A stretch of 64,000 bases of DNA. It comes from Candidatus Versatilivorator sp. (GTDB lineage Bacteria; Acidobacteriota; Terriglobia; Versatilivoradales; Versatilivoraceae). Under the pieces are notes generated by a model. It was not told where the DNA came from, ran no database searches, and saw only the letters and a list, made by a program, of their open reading frames with translations. Below are positions 9,159 through 19,259 of the stretch, one piece after another. Numbering within the stretch: the stretch's first letter is position 1; each line of letters opens with the position of its first letter. The position numbers and the translations under genes are program-made. The stretch covers positions 1,952,001 to 2,016,000 of the forward strand of contig OZ242296.1 of the NCBI GenBank assembly GCA_965207735.1, given 5' to 3'.

Positions 9159-11051
9159 TCAGTGGCTTCGGAAGACCTGCAGGACGCCCTCGATCTCTCC
9201 AAGAATGGCCGGGTCGTCGATGGTGGATGGAATGGTGTAGTCGCGCCCGTCGGCCAGGTCCCGAAGGGTCCGGCGCAGGACCTTGCCGGAGCGGGTCTTG
9301 GGCAGGCGCTGGACCAGCAGGGCCTTCTTGAAGCTGGCCACGGCTCCGATGTCCGATCGGACCTCCCGAATGATCTCGACCTCGATGGCCTCCCACTGGC
9401 GCTCCACCCCGGCCTTCAACACCACGAACCCCAGCGGAATCTGCCCCTTGAGCGTGTCCCGGGCCCCGACCACGGCACACTCGGCCACGTCGGGATGGCC
9501 GGAGACCACCTCCTCCATTCTGCCGGTGGAGAAACGATGGCCGGCCACGTTGATGACGTCATCCACCCTCCCCATGACGAAGAGGCACCCTTCCTCGTCC
9601 TTGAAGCCGCCGTCGGCGGTGAAGTAGTAACCGGGGAAACGGCTGAGATAGGACTCCAGAAAACGCCGGTCGTCGTTCCACAGGGTTGGCAGGCAGCCCG
9701 GAGGCAGCGGGAGCTTGACGGCGATCAGGCCCTCCTCGCCGGGTCCCACCACTCGACCGTCGCCGTCAAGCACCTGGATGTCATAGCCGGGAACGGGCTT
9801 GCCGGCAGACCCGGCCTTGAGCGGATGGGGGGAGAGCCCCATGCAGTTGGCCGCCATCGGCCACCCGCTCTCCGTCTGCCACCAGTGGTCGATGACCGGT
9901 ATCCCCAGAAGGCGGCCGGCCCAGTGAAAGGTGTCCGGGTCCAGCCGTTCGCCGGCCAGGAAGAGATAGCGCAGGCAGGAGACATCATGGTCCTTGAGGT
10001 GCTCCCCCTCCGGATCTTCCTTCTTGATGGCCCGGAACGCGGTCGGGGCCGTGAACAGGACCTTCACCCCGTGCTGGGACACCACCCGCCAGAAGGCTCC
10101 CGCATCCGGCGTCCCCACCGGCTTGCCCTCGTAGAGCACACTGGTGCAGCCGTGCATCAGGGGGCCGTACACCGTATAGGAATGGCCCACCGCCCAACCG
10201 ATGTCGGAGGCCGCCCAGAAGACGTCTCCCGGCTGCACGTCGTAGATGTTGTTCAGGCTCCACCGCAAGACCACCGCGTGGCCGCCGTTGTCTCGCACCA
10301 CGCCCTTGGGTTTCCCGGTGGTCCCTGAGGTGTAGAGGATGTAGAGGGGGTCGGTGGCCTCCAGGGGCAGGCAGTCCACCGGATCGGCCGCCGCCGCCAT
10401 TTCCTCCCAGTCCAGGTCTCGTCCCGGTTGGAGAGAGGCCCGCGCCTGCGGCCTCTGGTAGACCACGCAGACCGCCGGCTTGTGCTCGGCAAGGTCGATA
10501 GCCGCATCCAGCAGGGGCTTGTAGGGAATCACCTGCTGCACCTCGATCCCGCAGGAAGCGGTCACGATGGCCTTGGGGCGGGCATCGTCGATTCGAATGG
10601 CCAGTTCCTGGGAGGCGAAGCCGCCGAAGACCACCGAGTGAACCACGCCGATGCGGGCGCAGGCCAGCATGGCGACCACTGCCTCGGGGATCATGGGCAT
10701 GTAGATGATCAGCCGATCTCCTTTTTCCAGGCCGGCGGCACGCAGCGCTCCGGCGAAACGCGAGACATCCTGCTGCAGTTCCCGATAGGAAATCCGACGG
10801 ACGACGCCGGTGACCGGGCTGTCGTAAATCAGGGCGGCCTGCTCCGCCCGTCCGTTCTCCACCTGTCGGTCCACTGCGTTGTAACAGGTGTTGAGCCTGC
10901 CGCCTTTGAACCAGTGGATGAACTGCCCCCCGGAGACATCCAGCACACGCTCCCACTTGCGTTCCCAATGCACGGCCTCGGCCGCCTCGGCCCAGAAGGC
11001 CTCGGGCTCCTCCAGGGAACGGCGATAGTCGGTTTCGTAGGATGTTTTCAT
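9159..11051 (-). CDS. prpE: Propionyl-CoA synthetase / acetate-CoA ligase family
   Basis: YTSGTTGKPKG AMP-binding loop, DHWWQTE, GRVDDVINVAGHR and LPKTRSGK motifs. Confidence 0.85.
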   Translation of the reverse strand: MKTSYETDYRRSLEEPEAFWAEAAEAVHWERKWERVLDVSGGQFIHWFKGGRLNTCYNAVDRQVENGRAEQAALIYDSPVTGVVRRISYRELQQDVSRFAGALRAAGLEKGDRLIIYMPMIPEAVVAMLACARIGVVHSVVFGGFASQELAIRIDDARPKAIVTASCGIEVQQVIPYKPLLDAAIDLAEHKPAVCVVYQRPQARASLQPGRDLDWEEMAAAADPVDCLPLEATDPLYILYTSGTTGKPKGVVRDNGGHAVVLRWSLNNIYDVQPGDVFWAASDIGWAVGHSYTVYGPLMHGCTSVLYEGKPVGTPDAGAFWRVVSQHGVKVLFTAPTAFRAIKKEDPEGEHLKDHDVSCLRYLFLAGERLDPDTFHWAGRLLGIPVIDHWWQTESGWPMAANCMGLSPHPLKAGSAGKPVPGYDIQVLDGDGRVVGPGEEGLIAVKLPLPPGCLPTLWNDDRRFLESYLSRFPGYYFTADGGFKDEEGCLFVMGRVDDVINVAGHRFSTGRMEEVVSGHPDVAECAVVGARDTLKGQIPLGFVVLKAGVERQWEAIEVEIIREVRSDIGAVASFKKALLVQRLPKTRSGKVLRRTLRDLADGRDYTIPSTIDDPAILGEIEGVLQVFRSH

Positions 11052-11271
11052 GGTCTGGTGTCCTATCTCAGAAATAAGTCCAGCCCCCCACGACGGGGCA
11101 GATCATCCGTGGATGAAACCGGGGATCTGGATGGCGTATCGGGAGCAGGGAAAAGTTCCGGTTCCCCTCGGCGTCTTTCTTCGTGGGTCTTCGCGGTCCT
11201 TCGTGTCCCTTCGTGGATAGCTCTTTTTTCCCCGTCGCATGCAGCTCGAAACCGGGTTGTTTCAGGCAACC

Positions 11272-13182
11272 TCAAATCCAGATCTCGACCAGGGTCTTGC
11301 CCAACCAGGCGCCTAGATAGGCCAGAGCCAGCATGTAGCCGAATTGCAAAATGGCCAGCCGCCAGCCGCCGGTCTCCCTCCGGACTACGGCCACCGTGGA
11401 CATGCACTGGAGGGCGAAAGCGAAAAAGATCAGCAGGGCGACGGCTGCCCCCGGGGTCAGATCCTGCTTCAGGGCCTGCTGCAAACCAGGGGAGCCTTCG
11501 TCTCCTCCCTCCTCTGCCGCCTCGATTCCGTAAATGGTCCCCAGGGTGCCCACGATCACCTCTCGCGCCGCCAGGGAGGTGATCAACCCGATCCCGATTT
11601 TCCAGTTGAATCCCAGGGGCTCGATGACCGGCTCGACCGCCTGCCCGATCCTGCCGGCCAGGCTCTGGGAAATTTCCGGCGCCTCGCCGTCGGTGCGAGG
11701 CACACTGGCCAGAAACCAGAGCACCACCGTCACCAACAGGATCACGGTGCCGGCGCGCTTGAGAAAGATGAGCGAACGGTCGGCCAGCCGCAAGCCGATG
11801 GACTGCAGTGTCGGCCAGCGGTAGGGAGGAAGCTCCAGGGTGAACGGCAGGGGACTCTGCCGTTTCAGGAGGGTGGACTTCAGCAGCCGGGCGGTCGCCA
11901 CGGCGGCCCCGAAACCCAGCAGGTAAAGCCCGATCATGGCCGCGGCCCGGGTGCCCAGCAACGGCCCCAGCAGAGGCTTTTCCGGCAGGAAGGCGGCGAT
12001 GACCAGAGCATAGACCGGCAGCCTGGCCGAACAGGTCATGAAAGGGGCGATCAGTATGGTGGCCAAACGTTCCCGCCGGCTCTCGATGGTACGAGTGGCC
12101 ATGATGGCCGGAATGGCGCAGGCGTAAGCCGACAACAAAGGGATGAAGGCCTTGCCCTCCAGGCCGACCCGAGCCATGGTGCGGTCGGCGATCACGGCCG
12201 CCCGAGCCAGGTAACCCGAATCCTCCATCACTCCAATCAAAAGAAACAGGAAGAGGATCTGGGGGAGGAACACCAGGACGGAGCCGACCCCGGCCCAAAC
12301 CCCTTCCAGGAGCAGGTCGCGGAACCAGGAATCGGGCAGCAGGGTTCCTATCCACAGGCCCGACGAGGCTATGACGGCTTCGGTGCCGTCCATCAGGGGC
12401 TGGGCCAGCGTGAAAATACTTTGAAAAACAGCCATCACCACCAGGAGAAAAATCAGCGGCCCTCCCAGGGGATGCAGCAACACCGAGTCCAGGCGGCGGG
12501 TCCAAACGGCGGCGGCGGGCGCCTGGTAGCCCGACTGGCCGGTGGCATGGACCGCCCAGCGGCGGCGGCTCACGATATCCTGAAGCACCGGGAGCTCCAG
12601 ACGCTGAGGGGCCGCGGAGCGACCGGAAAGGAACGCACGGATGCCTTCCAAACCCTCACCCCTGGCGGCGCTGGCCTGGACCACCGGAACCCCCAACCGC
12701 TCAGACAGGCGTTGGCCGTCCACCATTCCGCCCCGGCTGCTCAGGTCATCGGACATGTTCAGGACAACCAGGGTTGGGATTCCCAAAGCCAGGATGGGGG
12801 CGGCCAGGCTCAGGTTGCGGTTCAGATTGGTGGAGTCCACCACCACCAGGACGGCGTCCGGAGAAGGCAGGCCCGGCATCTCGCCCAGCAGCACCCCTCG
12901 GGCCACCCGCTCGTCCTCCGATCGGGCCGTGAGGCTGTAAATGCCTGGCAGGTCCACCAGGGTGATCTCCCGGCCGCCCTCCACTCTGACCCTGCCCAGG
13001 CGCTTTTCTACCGTGACCCCAGGATAGTTGGCCACCTTTTGCCGCAGCCCGGTGAGCCGGTTGAAGAGCGTGGATTTTCCGCAATTGGGAGCTCCAACCA
13101 CGGCGACCATGGAGAAGGCGCCAGAGGTCTTTGGCTCAGCGGGCTCGGCTTTGGCGGCCGATGCTGCCTGAAAATCAGACAT
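11272..13182 (-). CDS. feoB: Ferrous iron transport protein B
   Basis: GAPNCGKS, NYPGVTVE and DLPG G-domain motifs; EDSGYLAR and PFMTCSARLP membrane-domain motifs. Confidence 0.95.
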   Translation of the reverse strand: MSDFQAASAAKAEPAEPKTSGAFSMVAVVGAPNCGKSTLFNRLTGLRQKVANYPGVTVEKRLGRVRVEGGREITLVDLPGIYSLTARSEDERVARGVLLGEMPGLPSPDAVLVVVDSTNLNRNLSLAAPILALGIPTLVVLNMSDDLSSRGGMVDGQRLSERLGVPVVQASAARGEGLEGIRAFLSGRSAAPQRLELPVLQDIVSRRRWAVHATGQSGYQAPAAAVWTRRLDSVLLHPLGGPLIFLLVVMAVFQSIFTLAQPLMDGTEAVIASSGLWIGTLLPDSWFRDLLLEGVWAGVGSVLVFLPQILFLFLLIGVMEDSGYLARAAVIADRTMARVGLEGKAFIPLLSAYACAIPAIMATRTIESRRERLATILIAPFMTCSARLPVYALVIAAFLPEKPLLGPLLGTRAAAMIGLYLLGFGAAVATARLLKSTLLKRQSPLPFTLELPPYRWPTLQSIGLRLADRSLIFLKRAGTVILLVTVVLWFLASVPRTDGEAPEISQSLAGRIGQAVEPVIEPLGFNWKIGIGLITSLAAREVIVGTLGTIYGIEAAEEGGDEGSPGLQQALKQDLTPGAAVALLIFFAFALQCMSTVAVVRRETGGWRLAILQFGYMLALAYLGAWLGKTLVEIWI

Positions 13183-13438
13183 TGTCCCCCGTTTCCCCTG
13201 CCTGCGCGGAAGCGCTCAATATCAAGCGCTGGGCAGTAGCGCGTCTGAGAGCGACCTCCGAGCCGTCCACCCGGAAGATCATGGGGTCCCCGCCGGGAGC
13301 CGGCCGCCCGGCGCTCACGCGAACGCCGGGCAGAAAACCCAGTTCCATCAGTCGCTGCGCCACTTCCGCGGAGGTCTCCAGGCGATCCAGGATCCCTTCC
13401 TCTCCTCGCCTCAATTCCGACAGTGTCCTGGCTGACAT
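13175..13438 (-). CDS. feoA: Ferrous iron transport protein A
   Basis: RLMELGFLPG and APGGDPM motifs; overlaps the feoB start; ATG 13438 chosen (alternative start 13465). Confidence 0.9.
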   Translation of the reverse strand: MSARTLSELRRGEEGILDRLETSAEVAQRLMELGFLPGVRVSAGRPAPGGDPMIFRVDGSEVALRRATAQRLILSASAQAGETGDNV

Positions 13439-13530
13439 TCTTTCCCCAACCTCAGCTGCACCCAAGGTGGTTGACCCTTATTTCCCGCAAGACAGGGCCA
13501 TTCTACACCGATTGGGCAAACAGACCCTTC

Positions 13531-13610
13531 TATCACTCCCCCCTTGAGGGGAAGTCGGCGAGACAAGGGCGAAGCCCGCAGTCGAGCCGGTGGGGGGCCA
13601 ACGCGGCGTC
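13531..13610. repeat. Family A repeat copy
   Basis: TATCACTCCCCCCTTGAGGGGAAGTCGGCGAGACAAGGGCGAAGCCCGCAGTCG is close to the reverse complement of 8545-8600. Confidence 0.8.
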
Positions 13611-13627
13611 CCGTTGGTGGGGTGCAG

Positions 13628-14119
13628 CTACCCCCTGGGGGGCGGTCCCAGCCCCATGGCGCGGCGCCAGGCCGATATCTGTCCCAGGTGGTTCATTTCG
13701 TGGGAGGTCATCATCATCGTCACCATGTCACCCATGGTGGGGAAGAATTTGCGCCTTCGTTCGTCGGGGAGAGGGGTGGCGAACCAGGCCGGGTCGGCTT
13801 TGAGCACGGCGGCGGTAACGCGCTCATGCTGAGCCGTCAGGAAGGCAAGCAGGTCCTCCTTGGAGGGGTAGAGGGAAGGGTCTCCCGAGGGAACCCCGCC
13901 GGTGGCGAAGATCTGCGCCCATCCCTGCGGGGCCTGTGACTCGAGACCGAGCAGCCCGGCCAGGCGGTCGGCTGTCATGGCCAGGTGGCCGAGCGACCAG
14001 GCGGGATGATTGACCACGCCGGCGGGCTGTCCAACCATCTGCTGCGGGGTCAGATCCCCAACCAGCCTGGAAGCGACATTTAGATTGAATCTATAGAGGT
14101 AGGTCACATGCTGAATCAT
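13628..14119 (-). CDS. DinB family (bacillithiol transferase-like) protein
   Basis: NHPAWSLGHL and HEMNHLGQI three-His pattern. Confidence 0.8.
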   Translation of the reverse strand: MIQHVTYLYRFNLNVASRLVGDLTPQQMVGQPAGVVNHPAWSLGHLAMTADRLAGLLGLESQAPQGWAQIFATGGVPSGDPSLYPSKEDLLAFLTAQHERVTAAVLKADPAWFATPLPDERRRKFFPTMGDMVTMMMTSHEMNHLGQISAWRRAMGLGPPPRG

Positions 14120-14370
14120 CGAGCTCTCCTGCAGCTTTGGAATATGGAACGGATGGGCTCTCCGACCGACTCATCGGTACAATCGGAGGCGGCGGGGGCT
14201 CAACCCGGGGCAGGCCTTGAGGCCGGTCGCTTGCGTGATGAGGATAAAGGTCGGCACCACGCTATAATGCCGTCTCGAAATCGTACCATTAGTCGTCCCG
14301 ATAATCGCCTCAATCATAGCCGCGAACGTTCACAGCCCGCTATTGGCAACCCACGTCGACAGTAGCTGCA

Positions 14371-15963
14371 ATGGTCGAACAAAGAAGAACGAAATCTAAC
14401 ATCAATCCAGGTTCTGACGAGACGACTTGGTTTTGTGTTCGGCGAAATGGCGTCGCCAAGCACCGCGGATGGATCAATGAGGTTCCGCTTGATGATCTGC
14501 CACGGCATGTAGGCGCGCGGCGCGGGGATGTCGTCGAGGTCTGCGTCGGCCACGAATTCCGTCCCGTTGAACCGGGTCGGTTTTCCAAGGTGTTTTGCGA
14601 GCGGACCCGCGGCCTTGTGGGAATGGAGATCGCATTTGACGGCGAGGTTTACCGCGCCGCACCAACATGGATGCTCGCGACCAACCGGAGGTTCCAGCGT
14701 GTGCTGGATCGGTTTCTAAAAAAGCACGACGCAACCGCTGCCGAGTTCACCGCCTACGGCAGCCTGCAGGCTTTTTCGGCGCGGCAGTTTCTGCTATCCC
14801 ACGGCGACGAAGGTAGCGTGACCGAACTGTTTCGCGGTGCGCCGCTGGTTTCGCCGGCACCATCCGCGGGTGAAGATCGCGCTGCCGATCTGGCTCGAGG
14901 CATAGAGCAGTGGATGCGCGTTAATCTCTCGCCTGACGGCGCGCTGCCCTACAAATACTGGCCGAGCCGGGGGGTGGATTCGCCGGCGGACAACGCCATT
15001 CGTCGCTTCTTGGCTTCATTGTCTCTCGCCCGACTGGGGGAACTCCGTCACGACGCCGCGATCCGCGAGGCGGCTCGCCGCAACCTACGCTTCAATTTAA
15101 GGCGCTATTTCCGCAATATCGGTGAAGGCCGGGGGGCCATTGTCGAACCCACCGGGGCCAAGCTGGGCGCCGCCGCCATCGCCGCATTGGCCATCCTGGA
15201 GAGCCCGGCGTCGAGTGAGTTTCTCCCCGAATTGCACATGTTGACGGCCGGCGTCAATTCGCTCGCAGACAAGGACCGAGGGTTCCGAACGTTTTACTTT
15301 CCACCTGAGCGCGACGGTGACAACTGGAATTTCTATTCCGGTGAAGCGCTCTTGTTCTGGGCCGAGGCCACCCGGCGAGGAACGAGATCGGCACCGACGT
15401 TGGAACGTTGCGCGGCAACCTTCGCCTGTTGCCGCAATCGGCACTACCGAGCCAGAAACCCCGCTTTCATTCCGTGGCACACGCAAGCATGTGCGTCCTT
15501 ATATAAACAGACGGGACGGAGCGAGTTTGCCGACTTTGCACTCGAAGCCAACGACTGGCTTCTGTCCATGCAGCAGTGGGACCGTTGGCCGGGGCTGCCA
15601 CCGGATCTTTGGGGCCGCTTCTACGATCCATTGCGACCCGAGTTCGGCCCACCGCACGCGGCTTCTACCGGGGCGTATCTTGAGGGACTCGCAGATGCCA
15701 TGACGTTGGCCCGCGAGATCGGCGATCAAGCCCGCACGGCCGTCTACGAACGCGCGATTGCGCGTGGATTGCGGTCCCTGCGGCAACTGCAGTTCCGCGG
15801 TCCGCACGACGCCTTCTACCTTTCGAGACGGGAGCGCGTGATCGGGGCACTCCGGACCGAGGCCTACGACAACGCGGTTCGTATCGACTCGGCTTCACAC
15901 GCGCTGGCCGCGGCCGTCAAGGTACTGGAGCAAGGACTTCAGTCAACGGGCGGAAGCACGTAG
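14371..15963 (+). CDS. Hypothetical protein, probable (alpha/alpha)-toroid / six-hairpin-like C-terminal domain
   Basis: 530-aa ORF with repeated helical segments (KLGAAAIAALAI, FYSGEALLFW, PWHTQA, STGAYLEGL, VRIDSASHAL); the fold is inferred. Confidence 0.6.
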   Translation: MVEQRRTKSNINPGSDETTWFCVRRNGVAKHRGWINEVPLDDLPRHVGARRGDVVEVCVGHEFRPVEPGRFSKVFCERTRGLVGMEIAFDGEVYRAAPTWMLATNRRFQRVLDRFLKKHDATAAEFTAYGSLQAFSARQFLLSHGDEGSVTELFRGAPLVSPAPSAGEDRAADLARGIEQWMRVNLSPDGALPYKYWPSRGVDSPADNAIRRFLASLSLARLGELRHDAAIREAARRNLRFNLRRYFRNIGEGRGAIVEPTGAKLGAAAIAALAILESPASSEFLPELHMLTAGVNSLADKDRGFRTFYFPPERDGDNWNFYSGEALLFWAEATRRGTRSAPTLERCAATFACCRNRHYRARNPAFIPWHTQACASLYKQTGRSEFADFALEANDWLLSMQQWDRWPGLPPDLWGRFYDPLRPEFGPPHAASTGAYLEGLADAMTLAREIGDQARTAVYERAIARGLRSLRQLQFRGPHDAFYLSRRERVIGALRTEAYDNAVRIDSASHALAAAVKVLEQGLQSTGGST

Positions 15964-16592
15964 TATCCGCGACCGGGCGGGGGCAAAACGTCGAAAATCA
16001 GATGCACACGGGGTTCATCGGAGGTATTGCGGGCCTCGTGCCCGGCTTTGTTGTTGAACACCCACAACTCACCCTCCCGCATCACTACGGATTCACCCCC
16101 CGCGGTCAGTGGGCTGCCTTCCGGACTCTTTATTGTGAGGTGGAATCGATCGCGGATGCGGTAGTAAGCCCCGGCGTCAACGTGCGGGCGAACCCACCCA
16201 TGTGGCTGCAGCGCAACCAGAGTGGCCCGCCCGAGCTCGCCGCCATGAAGGTCGGCGATCCATTGACAGAACGCCAACGCGCATGGAAACCTGGTAGAGA
16301 TTCGCGTGACCCGACTCGCGTGAACATCGTTGGCGTTGCGCACCCCGGGTGGTAGGGGTTTCTTGGCGACGCGCAGGAAGATGTTCTGGGTGTCGCGCTG
16401 GCACCGGACCTTGCGTTGGCGACTCGTGTCGACCAGCCACATCTCCGGTCTCCCGGCAAGCTCCGAGCAAATTGGCGCGACATCAATGCCCTCCGCGATT
16501 TTTCTAAAAGGCGAACCATTCGAGAGGGTTGTCGGATCTGGCGTTACACTTTCGTAGCCGGCCCACTGGGCTGCCGTCGTCGACGCACCCAT
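15939..16592 (-). CDS. Aspartyl/asparaginyl beta-hydroxylase family 2OG-Fe(II) oxygenase
   Basis: ATG 16592 with GGGAGG RBS; RPHVD (HxD), RFHL, WVFNNKAGHEARN and PRVHLIFD motifs typical of the Asp_Arg_Hydrox family. Confidence 0.8.
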   Translation of the reverse strand: MGASTTAAQWAGYESVTPDPTTLSNGSPFRKIAEGIDVAPICSELAGRPEMWLVDTSRQRKVRCQRDTQNIFLRVAKKPLPPGVRNANDVHASRVTRISTRFPCALAFCQWIADLHGGELGRATLVALQPHGWVRPHVDAGAYYRIRDRFHLTIKSPEGSPLTAGGESVVMREGELWVFNNKAGHEARNTSDEPRVHLIFDVLPPPGRGYYVLPPVD

Positions 16593-16784
16593 GGTTTTCC
16601 TCCCTACATTCCTAGTACAGACACCGTTCAAAGAGTCCGTTTCGTTGGGCCCCAGTGGCAATTGACGCAGCAAGCAAAATCCCAGCCAACCTCTCGGGCC
16701 GCAGTGCTTAACTTGTACAAACCTCGGCATGCGTTGGACCGATCGGCCCTTCTGTCCCCGGCCGTTCCGACAATGGTTCCGTAG

Positions 16785-19043
16785 CTAGTCGTCGTCATCA
16801 TCATCGTCGTCGTCATCATCATCGTCGTCGTCATCGTCGTCGTCATCATCATCGTCGTCGTCGTCATCATCATCGCCGTCGCCGTCGCCGTCCCCGTCGC
16901 CATCCCCGTCACCATCGCCATCCCCGTCGCCATCACCGTCGCCATCGCCATCACCATCCCCGTCACCATCCCCGTCACCATCCCCGTCACCATCGCCATC
17001 ACCGTCCCCGTCACCATCCCCGTCGCCGTCACCATCGCCATCGCCGTCACCATCGCCATCGCCATCGCCGTCACCATCGCCATCGCCGTCACCATCGCCG
17101 TCACCATCGCCGTCACCATCGCCGTCACCATCCCCGTCGCCGTCACCATCGCCATCGCCGTCACCATCCCCGTCACCATCGCCATCCCCGTCGCCGTCCC
17201 CGTCGCCATCACCATCGCCGTCACCATCGCCGTCCCCATCGCCGTCCCCGTCACCATCCCCGTCGCCATCACCGTCGCCATCACCGTCGCCGCCGTTGTT
17301 TCCACCACTCCTACCTCCTCCGGACGGGGGCTTGGGTGGCAGTACGGCCTCAGGTGGAGTCGGCGGGGGGGGCGGTGGGGGGGGAGTGGGCGCACGCTCG
17401 GAGCTTTCCGAAATCACCTCCGGCAATGTCAATACGGTGCTGTTTGCGACATCCACTTCCAAGGCCACGGCGGTAAACAATCCCTCTCCCGCCATGGCGC
17501 AGTGTACCAACCCCAGGAACTCCGAGGTGTCGGTCATGGTGAAGGCGTCTTGGATGGACCAGGATGTCTGCCCGTTGGCCAACAGAGGAACCGGAATGGA
17601 ATCGAGCAGTACGCCCTCGTTCATCAAGTCGCACCGCAGCAGCACCGGACTCGCTTCCAGGTTATGGAGCGCGATGCCGGTGGTGGCGCCTCCTTTCCGG
17701 CGGCGTACCGGGAAGAGTGTGTTGTTAACGGGTAACCCGGCGTCTACCCAGGCCACTCCGAAGTCGGGGTGCTCGAAGCCGAGCATCGCGCCGATCCGAC
17801 CCTCCGAAACCACCCTGGCCGATCCCGTCACCAACTCCCCTCGGCCGTGAGTCGAGATCACGATGACTCCCAGAGGCTCCATCTCCGTCTGAACCGTAAG
17901 AGCGCCGTCCTCCCTGATCTCCAGACCGCCCGCGATGTCCACCAACCCATCAGGGGCAATCGGACTCCCTTGCGGGTCGTAGAAATAGATAGCCGGAAGG
18001 CTCGGAGGGACGGGCGCGTGAAAGGAAGTGAGGGGAGGGCCGCTCGGCCGTGTCTCCGTGTTCAGGAAGACCAAGTGGGTGATCCAATCCCCGTTGGCGA
18101 TATGAGGGAAATCCAGAATAGTCTGGCCGAGAAAATCTCCTGTATGGTCCAAGGGCACCACAGACAACGTGTTGAAGATGCGCTGACCGGGATCAATCTC
18201 CACGGCGATTGCGCTGAACCGACCCTCATTTGGCGCGCTACAGCGCACCGATCCCAGAAAGTCCGAGGTGTCGGTCGCGGTGAACACGTCTTCGATGAGC
18301 CACGAGGTCTGGCCGTTGGGCGCCAGGGGGATCTCCGCCTCTTCCAGCGTGGCGCCTCCGCTCATCAATTGACAATTCAGCGCAATCGCTTCCTCTCCCA
18401 GGTTGTGGAGGGCCGCCGCCGTGCTGACACCCTCCGCTTGGCGGCGCGCCAGAAAGAGTGCATCCTGAAGGGGTCGGCCGGCGGCAACCTCGGTGACCCC
18501 GACGTCCGGGATACTGTAGCGCACCAGTCCGCCAATGGGGCCGTTCGAGACCGCTCGCACCGATCCCGATACCAGCTTCCCTCGCCCGTGGGTTGTTATG
18601 GTGAGTTTGCCGAAGGGTTCCAATTCCGTCCGAACTGCCAGGCTGCCGTCCGCCCGGTTCTCCAGATCGCCCGTCACGTCCACTAACGACCCGGGGGCAA
18701 TGAGATAGCCCCCCCGATCGTAAAAGTAGACTGCGGGCCGAATCGGATAGTCGGCCACATTCACCAGGACCAGATCGGAAGTGGTGCCGGTCCCGTTGGC
18801 GAAATGTGTGAATTCCAGAGTGTGCTCGTCCTGAGTGGCTGCGGTCCCTCCGGAGGGGGCGCCAACAGCGGCGAACACGACCAGGAACCGGGCAAACGCA
18901 TGGAGCCCTACCCGGCGCAATGGCCGTGAAGGGGAAGGCCGGGCTCTTGTCCTCGCCTCGAACCTGAGGGTCCCGGACAAAACCCTGAACAACGCGATCG
19001 GGGCTGTGTCAATCCGTATTCCCAAGGATTCTCGTCGAATCAT
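16785..19043 (-). CDS. Probable secreted protein: two ~230-aa repeated domains, Pro-rich linker, (GD)n and poly-Asp tail
   Basis: Signal-like [20 protein letters not shown]; duplicated LxFxHxANG...P(A)xYFYD...THGRG(K/E)LV(S/T)GS...LHNL...ANGQTSW modules; start uncertain. Confidence 0.85.
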   Translation of the reverse strand: MIRRESLGIRIDTAPIALFRVLSGTLRFEARTRARPSPSRPLRRVGLHAFARFLVVFAAVGAPSGGTAATQDEHTLEFTHFANGTGTTSDLVLVNVADYPIRPAVYFYDRGGYLIAPGSLVDVTGDLENRADGSLAVRTELEPFGKLTITTHGRGKLVSGSVRAVSNGPIGGLVRYSIPDVGVTEVAAGRPLQDALFLARRQAEGVSTAAALHNLGEEAIALNCQLMSGGATLEEAEIPLAPNGQTSWLIEDVFTATDTSDFLGSVRCSAPNEGRFSAIAVEIDPGQRIFNTLSVVPLDHTGDFLGQTILDFPHIANGDWITHLVFLNTETRPSGPPLTSFHAPVPPSLPAIYFYDPQGSPIAPDGLVDIAGGLEIREDGALTVQTEMEPLGVIVISTHGRGELVTGSARVVSEGRIGAMLGFEHPDFGVAWVDAGLPVNNTLFPVRRRKGGATTGIALHNLEASPVLLRCDLMNEGVLLDSIPVPLLANGQTSWSIQDAFTMTDTSEFLGLVHCAMAGEGLFTAVALEVDVANSTVLTLPEVISESSERAPTPPPPPPPPTPPEAVLPPKPPSGGGRSGGNNGGDGDGDGDGDGDGDGDGDGDGDGDGDGDGDGDGDGDGDGDGDGDGDGDGDGDGDGDGDGDGDGDGDGDGDGDGDGDGDGDGDGDGDGDGDGDGDGDGDGDGDGDGDGDGDGDGDGDGDGDGDGDGDGDGDGDGDGDGDGDDDDDDDDDDDDDDDDDDDDDDDDDDDDD
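16788..17291 (-). repeat. Coding tandem repeat: ~70 Gly-Asp dipeptides ending in 29 consecutive Asp
   Basis: 16875-17291 alternates GGN and GAY codons; 16788-16874 is all GAY; synonymous codons are mixed. Confidence 0.95.
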
Positions 19044-19259
19044 GGCCCACTCTACGCAACAGCGAACTCCAGTCGTTGAATTCAGCGTCTACGGTGCCTG
19101 GACCCATCGTGCCGAAGGGGATGTCAGCGTCCCTGGCTTTGCAGTGCTGCATGGGTCAAGGCGAAAGCGAAGGCAGGCGATTTACCTTCATCACCGACGA
19201 TCCTGTGAGTCCCAAACGCATCCCGGGCAGCCGGGCACGAGCCGATCAGGCAGCCGGGT

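Noticed and set aside
11344-13239. Long antisense ORFs (here and e.g. 26719..28200, 35205..36869, 48845..50302)
   Set aside because: They are shadow frames of well-supported genes in high-GC DNA and have no recognisable motifs
16628-17395. Met/Val/Thr/Ala-rich 255-aa ORF
   Set aside because: It is an alternative frame of the GD repeat; variation is synonymous only in the GD frame
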